From Vulcanimicrobiota bacterium (lineage in GTDB: Bacteria; Vulcanimicrobiota; Xenobia; Xenobiales; JADMJV01): 64,000 bases of DNA. The notes beneath the pieces are model-generated. The model saw nothing but the letters and a program-made list of their open reading frames with translations. It had not been told where the DNA came from and did no database searches. The position numbers and the translations under genes were made by a program. Positions 21,301 to 27,973 of the stretch are shown here, piece after piece. The DNA lies in NCBI GenBank assembly GCA_050250895.1, contig JBFWNU010000004.1:353362-417361 (forward strand). The letters run 5' to 3'. The stretch's first letter is position 1, and every line of letters begins with the position of its first letter.

Positions 21301-22088
21301 ATCAGGCCGTCGGCTTCGGCATCGAACGGGCGCGAGCCGGACGCGCTGCACGATTGGGCGTGGGAAAAGAGAATGAGGCTCTCCGTCTTGTTGTAGGAGG
21401 ACCCTCCGACGATGGCCAGGTCGATTTCGCCCCGGGTCAGAGCCAGGGCGGCCAGGGAGAGAGCCACCAACGACGAGGCACAGGCGGCGTCTACCACCAG
21501 CTGAGGGCCGGCCAACCCCAGTTGCCGGACCAGCAGGCCCGCGATCCATTGGGCCTCGAGACACGGTTTGCCTTCCCCGTCGCGGCGAGGCCGTCCGCGG
21601 CGTAGCTGGCCGGTCAGGGCTTGCATGGCGGCCTGACGCGTCTGGGTCGGCAAAGCGCGAAAATCGGGCAAGCACTCGAGCAACTCCGCCACCTGAGCGG
21701 CCAGGGTGGCTACCACCAGTTCTCCCCCCCGGGGCGTTCCTCCGGAGTGACCGGCATAGACACCGACTCGCTGGCCTTGCAGCCCGTCAGCATAGCCCGC
21801 CTCGGCCAGCGCTTCCAGAGCCACATCGCAAAAGATGCGGTGGCTCAAGTCATAGGAATCATCTCCCGAGCGGGCCTGGCAAGACTTGAGGCAGCCGCCG
21901 ATGCTGGAGTAAGTCTTTCCCACCTGACCGCGGGTCGAATCAAAGTAAAGTTCTCGGTCCAGTCGCTCGGGGGGCAACTCGCGAACCGCATCATGGCCGT
22001 TCCAGAGCAACTCCCAGAATTCGGCCGGGTTGTCCGAATCGGGCAGGCGGCAGCCGCACCCCAATATCGCGATAGGAGCGATCTTCAT
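15378..22088 (-). CDS. Type I polyketide synthase, single module: KS / KS-like / AT / ACP / KR / DH
   Basis: 2236 aa; KS DAACASS + HATST + GHT; AT GQGSQ + GHSFGE; ACP LGIDSI; KR TGGARGIT + YSAAN; C-terminal HRVEDVPVLP hot-dog motif; 4-bp overlaps with flanking genes. Confidence 0.9.
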   Translation of the reverse strand: MKIAPIAILGCGCRLPDSDNPAEFWELLWNGHDAVRELPPERLDRELYFDSTRGQVGKTYSSIGGCLKSCQARSGDDSYDLSHRIFCDVALEALAEAGYADGLQGQRVGVYAGHSGGTPRGGELVVATLAAQVAELLECLPDFRALPTQTRQAAMQALTGQLRRGRPRRDGEGKPCLEAQWIAGLLVRQLGLAGPQLVVDAACASSLVALSLAALALTRGEIDLAIVGGSSYNKTESLILFSHAQSCSASGSRPFDAEADGLISSEGVVAMVLKRADAARRDGDSMQAVIRSIGLSSDGRGRSLWAPRAEGQLEALQRCYAGVDAASVQYIEAHATSTQLGDATELESLSTFFGPHLKGRQIPIGSVKSNLGHTLETAGLASLLKVVLALRHRGIPHTINVDQLNPGVDWSRLPFVVQREPSDWPAPRQGETRRAGVSAFGVGGLNVHLVVEEPGGPVEPVAADEPLVAVVGRGVVVPGARNLGELKELLGSGQSQLGEPPAGRWPSDAGLAEQLQPWHTPTRRGGYITNFEFDAVGHKIPPKQVKRANPVQLMLLDATNQALAELGSPLEANSTAVVVGASFCSDFGNQMQVGFRHAEIRREVARLLAELGLSKPGLLEQFDRIFFERYSALLDETGGFTCSSLASRLTKAHDWRGGALALDVGETSSEAALKVGCDLLRGGDCSAVVVAAGQHSMDLVGFESLALKGRLSAQLPGEGVGVVILKTLDRAQQDGDRIYGLLHTAELASGLTPESALELVVGPALSDPGLALADAPSAELAPVLERVCGKPLLPSLAAQFGALHAAGGMLSLLRASLCHPQERVVLAGLAETGQAAQLIFEGAGPRSSVTARVARYSAHDPNQLATNLREGRQGLAQADPVRLVAVAPDQPRLAQNVALAADQLAEAKGRRLLEEQGIFYCELGRARPRIAYLFSGQGSQYQGMLRDLVSGSAAAAAVVRRADAALEKMGLPGFGLLAWQADERLDADPVVTQLAVLIADQIAFAVLDEQGYRPDCVCGHSFGEIPALVAAGVMTFEDALELTQVRAQALLAASPDGGLLSVAAPPQRLEPLVAELGLYFTHYNAAGQTVVGGLNSQLAALESELRKDSMPTRRLKVPGALHTPLVASAQTALEARLARLELRPPTILFYSNVTNQPATQVEVIRQNLVRQLVEPVRFGQLLDQLVNDGVGLLVEVGPKQVLTQLARQNLKERNVIVTSVDHPRRQRALQWARLEAAFECVDRLPQARSTTTQRGLGSIDHFDATRPRLERVLGEDSLSGKTRTTAIDARAQAFLLDHVADLTGYPRSALKLEWELEADLGIDSIKRTQLLGELRDAFGLDTSDKELANLRSLKDILEHIGVTEAPTEAEAPLLPRVSGQAYESARLRGRAQSQAIRAALRHDALKVFPWQRRPGKDLEAGLDPATLEELRGLAEGAGVHLYNLIGYKERHGTLPGSTPDQTQRYLMRMVECPLPLSPTRSLGGASLIIGDNALSRELASRLRGPVHILDTHRALTELKRGLEALGPLPHLFITTAWVPGELERPEHYTARITTPFWLCQEWLRRVKGDGLVDEATVVAVTRLGGGFGFGTPIEGPDGGFLAGLLKSMRIENWVAGHRDLTVKVIDCGPDISASDAGQRVLRELCHRNYELEIGEIAGQRALVTAEPQPVDDRDGQAVLPRGNWVCTGGARGITAHVARELAGRFGLKLHLIGRAPGPSHPPEWRARWLQDRRGLKLEVMDTARSQGAANPVKSWEAVEKGLEIEAALVALHEAGLEAHYHSCDLSDRDRLAQTLQAIRADGPIRGVLHGAGATRDSKFEQKDHQKVGECLGAKVLGTHNLMSLMAADPLDFFVAFGSISGRFGANGHADYSAANEMMAKLVAYYRQQRPEVGAVTFHWHAWGDVGMAVKGESQLGLELVNMNFMPAAEGVAHLIAELQAGAPRAEVLITDEHYYRRFYHAELFETQQAARPLLGTSNQVWLDPEQEAFLRDHRVEDVPVLPLVVALELACEAQSRGPGPIGLRRVRPAGFLKFHEGRPRQVEVARDDNTVRLLYAQLARDGTVLEARRTLLEVELVNEMPVESLACPEVPDQWEPVAYSDSGQMYHGPSLRTLRRYQIEGETLWGELVAPPLVELAGSHRSTVGWRLPSAILDGCLYAAGILAWKSVREGHTVPATIGELWVGRLTRPGERCVVRVQWIGEERFEIHLWGDDGQLMARAHDYRLAWLGVPNRIGA
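15381..16226 (-). other. PKS dehydratase-like hot-dog domain, approx. residues 1955-2236
   Basis: HRVEDVPVLP (HxxxDxxxxP variant of the DH HxxxGxxxxP motif) at ~1993-2002. Confidence 0.55.
16344..17651 (-). other. PKS ketoreductase (KR) domain, approx. residues 1480-1915
   Basis: NADPH-binding VCTGGARGIT (~1685-1694) and catalytic YSAAN (~1871). Confidence 0.75.
17994..18236 (-). other. PKS acyl carrier protein (ACP) domain, approx. residues 1285-1365
   Basis: Phosphopantetheine attachment motif ADLGIDSI (Ser ~1324); only one such motif found. Confidence 0.75.
18399..19301 (-). other. PKS acyltransferase (AT) domain, approx. residues 930-1230
   Basis: FSGQGSQ at residues ~934-940 and active-site GHSFGE at ~1019-1024. 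Confidence 0.8.
19854..20693 (-). other. PKS second KS-like segment lacking catalytic Cys (chain-length-factor-like), approx. residues 466-745
   Basis: KS-like N-terminal half (VAVVGRGVVVPG, NPVQLMLLDA, LDVGETSS in place of Cys motif, GEGVGVVILK) that then loses KS similarity. Confidence 0.5.
20733..22082 (-). other. PKS ketosynthase (KS) domain, approx. residues 3-452
   Basis: Active-site Cys in DAACASS (residue ~203), His in EAHATST and NLGHT. Confidence 0.8.
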
Positions 22089-23458
22089 GCGGCCCCTAGT
22101 AGATCGACGACGTGCATCAGCATTTTTAGCGCTTCATCCAGGCGCTCGGAGTCCCCGACGAGCACCAGCTCACCTGCATAGAGAGCTTGCTCTGGGGTCA
22201 GCTGGCGGCCTGCCAGGTGAGCCAGCGTAGGCAGGCTGCAAAACGCTTCAGGCGCGCATTCGACTCTTGTCAGGGGAGTGCGTCCCGTTTCGGCAAAACC
22301 CCATTGTCCCCCTTCGGGTCCGGGCACGGTCAAAAAGAGCCGGGGTTCTGAGTTTGAGGCCAGCGGAATTCGCGAAAGTCGCCGGGCCAGATCCCACTCC
22401 GGCGCAGCCTGAAAGCGATGTTCCAGGGCGAAACCGACCAGCCGTTTAAGCGCCTCGCCATCCAGACGAGGGCAAGGCACGCCACTGTGCTCGAGGGTCA
22501 GCTGGCAGTCAAAGGTCGGATGGTTGCTGAGATAGGGTCGATAGGTCGACACCGCGGCCGGCCCGTCGAGCGATTGAACCGATGGCGGTTGGTCATCCTC
22601 GCTTCGACAGGCGCGCACAGCGTCATACAGAGCTTGGAAGCTGGTGGGATGAGGATTGGTCAGATGATAATATTGCTGGGCCGAGCGCTCCTGGCCCAGC
22701 AACGCGATGACCACCTGCGAGACCCAGTCCACCGGAACCAGGTTGATCCCGTCCTCGGGGTCTTCGACCCCTACCGTTTCTAGTAGTGAACGACTGCTCG
22801 AGGCCGAGTTCAGCCAGGTCAGCAAGAGGAGCGGGTACGCTCCCTGAAAATTCGGGGTGTAGCCGGTGGAAGACTCGCCTACGATGATGGAAGGACGATA
22901 GATGGTGAAACGCCGCAGAAACTCGGCCTGGGCAACCAGCGACTCGGCCAGGGCCTTGCTGCGCTCGTAGTCATTGTTGAAGACCTGGTGAAGGGGCACG
23001 GGTCGGGGCTCAAGGTTGGGAACGGTGGCCCCGCAGACGTAGGCGGTCGAAATCAAGTGAAACTCGTCGAGGTCACACCCGCGACTCAGTTCGAGCAGGC
23101 GGGCGGTTGCGTCGACATTGGTCAGATAAGGTTCTCCACTGCCATCGGCTCGAAACTTCACGGTGGCTGCCGAATGCAACACCCGGCAGCAGTGGTTCTT
23201 GAGCCACTCACGAGCCTGCTCGTCAAGACCGAGATCGGGTTGGCGCAGGTCACCCTCGATGAGCTGGGGACGAGGGAGCTGGCGGGCCAGCCCTCTTTCC
23301 AGTCGCTGGCAACAAACCTCGATCCTTTCGGCTGCAGACGCTCCGTTCGTCGGGCGAGCCAAAACCGCGAGGTTCAAGCCTTGCAATAGACCGTCACGCA
23401 TCAAAAACTGGCCCAGCAGGCCGGTTGCTCCGGTGAGTAGCGTAAAGGTTCTATCCAT
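22085..23458 (-). CDS. Stand-alone thioester reductase-domain protein (NAD(P)-dependent fatty acyl reductase-like)
   Basis: 457 aa; LLTGATGLLGQFL Rossmann motif at N-terminus, YERSK catalytic-type motif; no ACP segment; stop overlaps PKS start by 4 bp. Confidence 0.7.
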   Translation of the reverse strand: MDRTFTLLTGATGLLGQFLMRDGLLQGLNLAVLARPTNGASAAERIEVCCQRLERGLARQLPRPQLIEGDLRQPDLGLDEQAREWLKNHCCRVLHSAATVKFRADGSGEPYLTNVDATARLLELSRGCDLDEFHLISTAYVCGATVPNLEPRPVPLHQVFNNDYERSKALAESLVAQAEFLRRFTIYRPSIIVGESSTGYTPNFQGAYPLLLLTWLNSASSSRSLLETVGVEDPEDGINLVPVDWVSQVVIALLGQERSAQQYYHLTNPHPTSFQALYDAVRACRSEDDQPPSVQSLDGPAAVSTYRPYLSNHPTFDCQLTLEHSGVPCPRLDGEALKRLVGFALEHRFQAAPEWDLARRLSRIPLASNSEPRLFLTVPGPEGGQWGFAETGRTPLTRVECAPEAFCSLPTLAHLAGRQLTPEQALYAGELVLVGDSERLDEALKMLMHVVDLLGAA

Positions 23459-23532
23459 TGATGCTTACCAGTTCTTGGCGTCGCGCCCGACTAGCCCGGT
23501 GTCGACCGGCATCGCCCAGCGCCGGGATGACG

Positions 23533-23590
23533 CAAGTCTAAGACAGTATACGAGATCCTCCGAGATTTCAAGTCTTTGGCCAAGTCTTCA
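23533..23590. promoter_or_regulatory. Three direct copies of CAAGTCT (plus two CGAGAT) in the region upstream of the thioester reductase-PKS-SDR operon
   Basis: Copies at ~23533, ~23569 and ~23581 in the 130-bp gap between the hydroxylase gene end and the reductase start codon (23458, minus strand). Confidence 0.3.
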
Positions 23591-24676
23591 AGCCTGACCA
23601 CGGGTCTCGATGGTGGGTCTTTCGATAGCGGTCTGGGCTTCTTTCCAGCGAACTCCACCGGGCAAGAGGTTGTAGGCTCGCTGGAGTCGAGCGATGGCGC
23701 GGGTTTCGGCCGTCGACAAACAAGGGTGCCACAGGTTGAGAAAGAGGACCACCCTGAGCTGATCGCTGTGATTCCAGACCTCGTGCACGAAAGCGTCGTC
23801 AAACACCAGCACTTCGCCCTCCTCCCAGGTGGCCACCTGACCGCCGACTCGCAGGCCACAGTGGTCGGGCACCAACAGACCCAGATGGAAGCGAAGAATA
23901 CCGTTGATGGTGCCTACATGAGGAATGATTCGGCTCTGGGGGTTGAGGGCCGAGAACAGGATGAACTCTTTCTCGAGCCGGGGCAGACTGGCCAGCAACC
24001 CGCTCGTCAGGGGACAGCGTCGACAGTTGTCTTCCACCGCCTCACCCTGAATGTAGAAGTGGAAGGTGTTCCAGCCCGGCATCAGGTTGCCGTACTCCGT
24101 GCGATAGTTGCCAAAACCGCGCGGCTCCGCCAAGAGATCGTTCAACTCGTGGCGAATGGTCTGGCAATGCTCGCGCAGGATGGAGGTCCAGGGAAAATCT
24201 GAAGCCTGGTAGAGCCGGCGGGCGGGAATGCCAGGCAAAAAGAAGTGGGGGCGTTGATGGGGGTCGGTAAACTCGGTGCAAGGCCAATCGTCTTGATGGA
24301 AAAAGACGTCGAGAAAGCCGGACCGGTGGAACAGCGCTTCGGCCACGTTGCGATATCCGAGCCTGGCACAACCCCGTTGGAACGTGGCGTGGGCGTCCAG
24401 TCCGAACACCGCTCGGGCGAAGGCGTCGGTCTGGGCTGGTCGGAACTGGTTGGCCAGGTCACGCCAGAACCGGGCCGTGGGGTTGCTGACGAAGGCCCCT
24501 CCCAGGGCCCAGAGCCGATGCAGCCCCCACACCGACAGCCCGAGCGCGGTGGGGCCGCTCGCCGCCACCCTGGCCCAGACCCGGCGCAGCCAGGCCGGCA
24601 GACGCACCGGAGAACCATCCAAACCCAGCTGGTCGTAGCTCACCTGCATCAATTGTTCGAAAGTAGGTTGGGCCAC
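23588..24676 (-). CDS. Asp/Asn beta-hydroxylase-family Fe(II)/2-oxoglutarate oxygenase (LpxO-like)
   Basis: 362 aa; C-terminal cupin segment IPHVGTINGILRFHLGL ... DDAFVHEVWNHSD ... NLWHP resembling the aspartyl/asparaginyl beta-hydroxylase family. Confidence 0.65.
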   Translation of the reverse strand: MAQPTFEQLMQVSYDQLGLDGSPVRLPAWLRRVWARVAASGPTALGLSVWGLHRLWALGGAFVSNPTARFWRDLANQFRPAQTDAFARAVFGLDAHATFQRGCARLGYRNVAEALFHRSGFLDVFFHQDDWPCTEFTDPHQRPHFFLPGIPARRLYQASDFPWTSILREHCQTIRHELNDLLAEPRGFGNYRTEYGNLMPGWNTFHFYIQGEAVEDNCRRCPLTSGLLASLPRLEKEFILFSALNPQSRIIPHVGTINGILRFHLGLLVPDHCGLRVGGQVATWEEGEVLVFDDAFVHEVWNHSDQLRVVLFLNLWHPCLSTAETRAIARLQRAYNLLPGGVRWKEAQTAIERPTIETRGQA

Positions 24677-24707
24677 GGCCGAGCGCTCTTCTGGTCAGCT
24701 CTGCGAA

Positions 24708-24926
24708 CTAGCAGGTAATGTCGAGGTTGCGGCCGAGGTTGCGCTGGCGACGGGCGCGTTCCATCACCTCATCGGGCAGCTTGACGCTACGTTGGCACGA
24801 GGGGCAGCGCAGCTTCTCGGCGCCAAGCACCTCGTCGACGCTCCACTCGGGCAGCAAGGCCCGGCAATGGGGGCAGGCCATACGCTTCTCGGGGTTGATT
24901 CTTCCTACTTCAGCCATGTCGCCCAT
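24708..24926 (-). CDS. Small zinc-ribbon protein (FmdB-like CxxC...CxxC)
   Basis: 72 aa; CPHC ... CPSC pair separated by ~20 residues. Confidence 0.4.
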   Translation of the reverse strand: MGDMAEVGRINPEKRMACPHCRALLPEWSVDEVLGAEKLRCPSCQRSVKLPDEVMERARRQRNLGRNLDITC

Positions 24927-24979
24927 TTAGTCGGGGCTCGGCGAGGGTCCTCCCGGTAGCCGGCGCGAATGCTCCAGCC

Positions 24980-25852
24980 ATGCTATTTCTGGGAGCTGAC
25001 TGCAGCCGCCACAGCATCCATTGTGTGCTGGTCGACGCCGACGGCAGGGTCTGGCAGCGCACTCGAGCCCGTCGTCAGGGTCCCCTCGAGGCCGATCTGG
25101 CTTCGGCCCTGGCCCCCTGCTTGCAAGCAGCCACCGGACCGTTCGAAGCGGCCATCGCGGCCGAGGGTTGCGGGCCGTTGGCGCTGCCCGAGGGCGCCGC
25201 CAGCCTGTGGCAGTGCCGGCCCGAAGAAGCCCTGTTGTGTGGGGCGCTGGCCTGCCGGCCGGGGGTAGTCATCACCAGTGCCACCACGGCCCGCGCGCTG
25301 GGCATCGACCGCGGGCTAAAACCACGCCAACTCGAGCAAGATGGCGGCAGCGCCGGCTGGCTGGCCGAGCAGGGTCTAGCCTCGCGGGCCCAATCCCCGC
25401 GACTGGCCCAGGCAGTCCAACGTGTCTTTGGCTCGAAAGAGCCCGAAGGGGTGGCCCGACTGGCCTTTTGCCGCGAGGTGCTTGAACTGGCGACCTTTCC
25501 GGGTCCCGACCCCATCTGCCGGGCGCTGGTGCTCAAAGCCGCCCGCAGCCTGTGCGACCTGACTCGCTATCTGGTGCCACGGATCCAGACCCTCGAACGA
25601 GCCAGTTGGGCCGGGGTGGGCATGCGGGAACCGCTGCTCGAGGCCTATTTTCAAGAACTTCAGCAACATCTCCCCGGCCTGCCCTGGCGCCAGCCACGCT
25701 TTCCCGCCGAGGTGGGCTGCGCTCTGTTAGCGCAGGCTGGCTATCACGAACGCCAGCGCCGCGACGATCAGGCAGCCACCCCGCGCAGGGTCGGCCCCGA
25801 TGTCTGGCGCCACGTCTTTCGCAACCGCAAGCCCTTTCCTGAGTATGAATGA
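24980..25852 (+). CDS. Hypothetical protein
   Basis: 290-aa ORF in the coding strand series; N-terminus LFLGADCSRHSIHCVLVDADG weakly resembles sugar-kinase/ASKHA phosphate-1 loops, not assignable. Confidence 0.4.
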   Translation: MLFLGADCSRHSIHCVLVDADGRVWQRTRARRQGPLEADLASALAPCLQAATGPFEAAIAAEGCGPLALPEGAASLWQCRPEEALLCGALACRPGVVITSATTARALGIDRGLKPRQLEQDGGSAGWLAEQGLASRAQSPRLAQAVQRVFGSKEPEGVARLAFCREVLELATFPGPDPICRALVLKAARSLCDLTRYLVPRIQTLERASWAGVGMREPLLEAYFQELQQHLPGLPWRQPRFPAEVGCALLAQAGYHERQRRDDQAATPRRVGPDVWRHVFRNRKPFPEYE

Positions 25853-26513
25853 GCGACGGCTAAGGAAGCCCTGGTATGGCATCATTGGCGAGCTGTTTTG
25901 GGGCTGCTCGCTCACCATGTTCGAAATGGTCAATCTGGGCGGGTTTCCCTGGTGGTGGAAGCTCCACTGGCTGATGTTTCGCCACTATCGCGGCTTTGAT
26001 CCCGACGGGCGGGTGCGGCAATTGTACGGCAACAACCCGGGGTCGCTGGCTTATGGTGAAACCCCCGTCTCGGCCACTCGGCGCATGCTGGCCCTGGCCG
26101 AACTGCCGGTAGGTTCGACCCTGGTCGACCTCGGTTGCGGACGCGGCCTGGTAGCCATGGCGGCCGCCTGTTCAGGCTATCGAGCGGTGGGGGTCGAGGT
26201 GATGCCCGAGTATCTCGCAGCCGCTCCGCTCATCACGGCCGCCCTCGACATCGAGGTGGAGTGGCTGATCGGCGATTTTCTCGAACTCGAACTGCCTCGG
26301 GGCGATTGTTATTTCGCTGCCTCGACAGCGTTTCCCCAGCCTGTGCGCGAGCAACTCGGGCAACGCCTGGCCGAGGTCGGGGCCCCCCTGCTGATCACGC
26401 TCGACTGGATCGTCGAGCATCCTGACTATGAACCCATCCGGTCGCTGCGACTGCCGACCACCTGGGGCACCTCGCTGTTTACCGTCCACCGACTTCGGGG
26501 AACAGAGCCTTGA
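25845..26513 (+). CDS. Class I SAM-dependent methyltransferase
   Basis: Frame 25800..26513 trimmed to ATG 25845 (ATGAATGA overlap with upstream stop); motif I LVDLGCGRG, acidic post-I GVEV, motif II IGDF. Confidence 0.7.
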   Translation: MNERRLRKPWYGIIGELFWGCSLTMFEMVNLGGFPWWWKLHWLMFRHYRGFDPDGRVRQLYGNNPGSLAYGETPVSATRRMLALAELPVGSTLVDLGCGRGLVAMAAACSGYRAVGVEVMPEYLAAAPLITAALDIEVEWLIGDFLELELPRGDCYFAASTAFPQPVREQLGQRLAEVGAPLLITLDWIVEHPDYEPIRSLRLPTTWGTSLFTVHRLRGTEP

Positions 26514-27973
26514 TGGATTTCTTACCTGTGCTCTCTGAATCGGCCCAGGCCTTCTGGCGTACCAGTTACGGCCTGCTGCTGTTTTTGACCCTGTTGCTGA
26601 CCTGGCCGGCTTCGAAGTGGTTCTTCCGCAGCGAGAAGTGGGGTGGCTATGCCGAATCGAGCCCCACCGTCGATCTCGTTCAGAACCCCTTCATCCATCC
26701 CCTGGTGATGGGACTGTGGTTCACCTGCGCCACCATGCTGATGCTGGGACGCGACACCGTCCTGTTCGCTCTCATCAACCTGGGCCTGTGCTGGTATTTT
26801 TTCATCTACATGCGTTGGCGCGGCATCTTGCGCGGCATGGGGGCTCCCGGCTTCATGTGTTACTGGATGGGAGCGGCGGTGCTGTTTCTCGAGGCTGGTC
26901 GCCATCTCGACCCCAGCGGCCGCTTGCTGGCGGCGGGTCTTTTCGCCTTTCAGGTCGACTACGCCATCATCCAGCTGTGTGCGGGCAGCTACAAGCTGCG
27001 AGCCGGCTATCCCCGCAACGAGGGCATGCAGTTAGGAATGGCCAATCCCTGGTGGGGCTACTACTGGCGCTTCTTCAAGCAGCTCGATTACACCCATCCT
27101 CTCTACGTCTTTCTCAACCAATCGGCCTATCTGACCCAAATCGGGGCGGCCTTCTTGATGCTCTATCCTCCGACGCGGTTGCTGGGAGCAGGCATCATCA
27201 TGGCCAGCTTCGTGTTCATTCTCACCCAGATCCGCCTGGGTGTGCTGTGCGAGATGGTCATTATCGGCGGCCTGTTGTTCATCCCAGCCGGCGGCGTGGT
27301 CGACGGTTGGGTGACCTGGCTGATGGGGCACCCCCAGGTGCCCCAGAGTCTGCCCCAGATGCCGCCCTGGCTGGCTACAGGCCTGGCCGCTTTCTTCTGC
27401 GTTTATATCGCCTTGCTACCCTTTGCCAAGTTCGGCCAGTGGTATAACTATCTGGCCCACCAGCGTTTGCCCGAACCTTTTCAGACCTTCCTCGAGAAGT
27501 GGACCAACGCCTTCGGCATCATCATCTGGCGCGTCTTCTCGGTGGATGTGGTCAACTTCTTCGTCCGCGTCTATCAGGTCGACGGCGATGGCCGCGAGCA
27601 AGAATACACCTGTTTCGGAAAGATCGACTGGCCGACGCGCTGGCGCTATATCCATGTGGGCGAGTTCGTCTGCTTTGCCTCGATTTTCACGACGCTAAAA
27701 TATCATCCCAGCAACTCGGAGATGTTTCGCGCCAAGCTGGTTCGCTACGCCCGCACCATTCCTTGTCCCTCCGGAGGCAAGCTTCGCTTTGCCTATTTCT
27801 CGCTGGCCCGCGGCCAGGGAGAGATCGAACATCGCCACAGTGCCGACTTCCTCGTCGAGCCCCACTCGGGCCACCTCGAGGTGCGCCAGTATGACGACCT
27901 TGACCTGAGCAAGGGCCATGCCGTTTCTCCCGTGCGAGAGGGTGCCCGACCTGGAACCTACGCGCCGGCCTGA
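26513..27973 (+). CDS. Polytopic integral membrane protein, unknown function
   Basis: ~486 aa; ATG at 26513 overlaps upstream stop (TGATG); N-terminal two-thirds highly hydrophobic with Trp/Tyr-rich helices, C-terminal soluble region. Confidence 0.6.
   Translation: MDFLPVLSESAQAFWRTSYGLLLFLTLLLTWPASKWFFRSEKWGGYAESSPTVDLVQNPFIHPLVMGLWFTCATMLMLGRDTVLFALINLGLCWYFFIYMRWRGILRGMGAPGFMCYWMGAAVLFLEAGRHLDPSGRLLAAGLFAFQVDYAIIQLCAGSYKLRAGYPRNEGMQLGMANPWWGYYWRFFKQLDYTHPLYVFLNQSAYLTQIGAAFLMLYPPTRLLGAGIIMASFVFILTQIRLGVLCEMVIIGGLLFIPAGGVVDGWVTWLMGHPQVPQSLPQMPPWLATGLAAFFCVYIALLPFAKFGQWYNYLAHQRLPEPFQTFLEKWTNAFGIIIWRVFSVDVVNFFVRVYQVDGDGREQEYTCFGKIDWPTRWRYIHVGEFVCFASIFTTLKYHPSNSEMFRAKLVRYARTIPCPSGGKLRFAYFSLARGQGEIEHRHSADFLVEPHSGHLEVRQYDDLDLSKGHAVSPVREGARPGTYAPA

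Noticed and set aside
15424-22181. Numerous 60-250-aa ORFs on both strands within the PKS gene
   Set aside because: All lie inside a continuous 2236-codon frame with ordered PKS domain motifs; the alternatives are compositionally biased.
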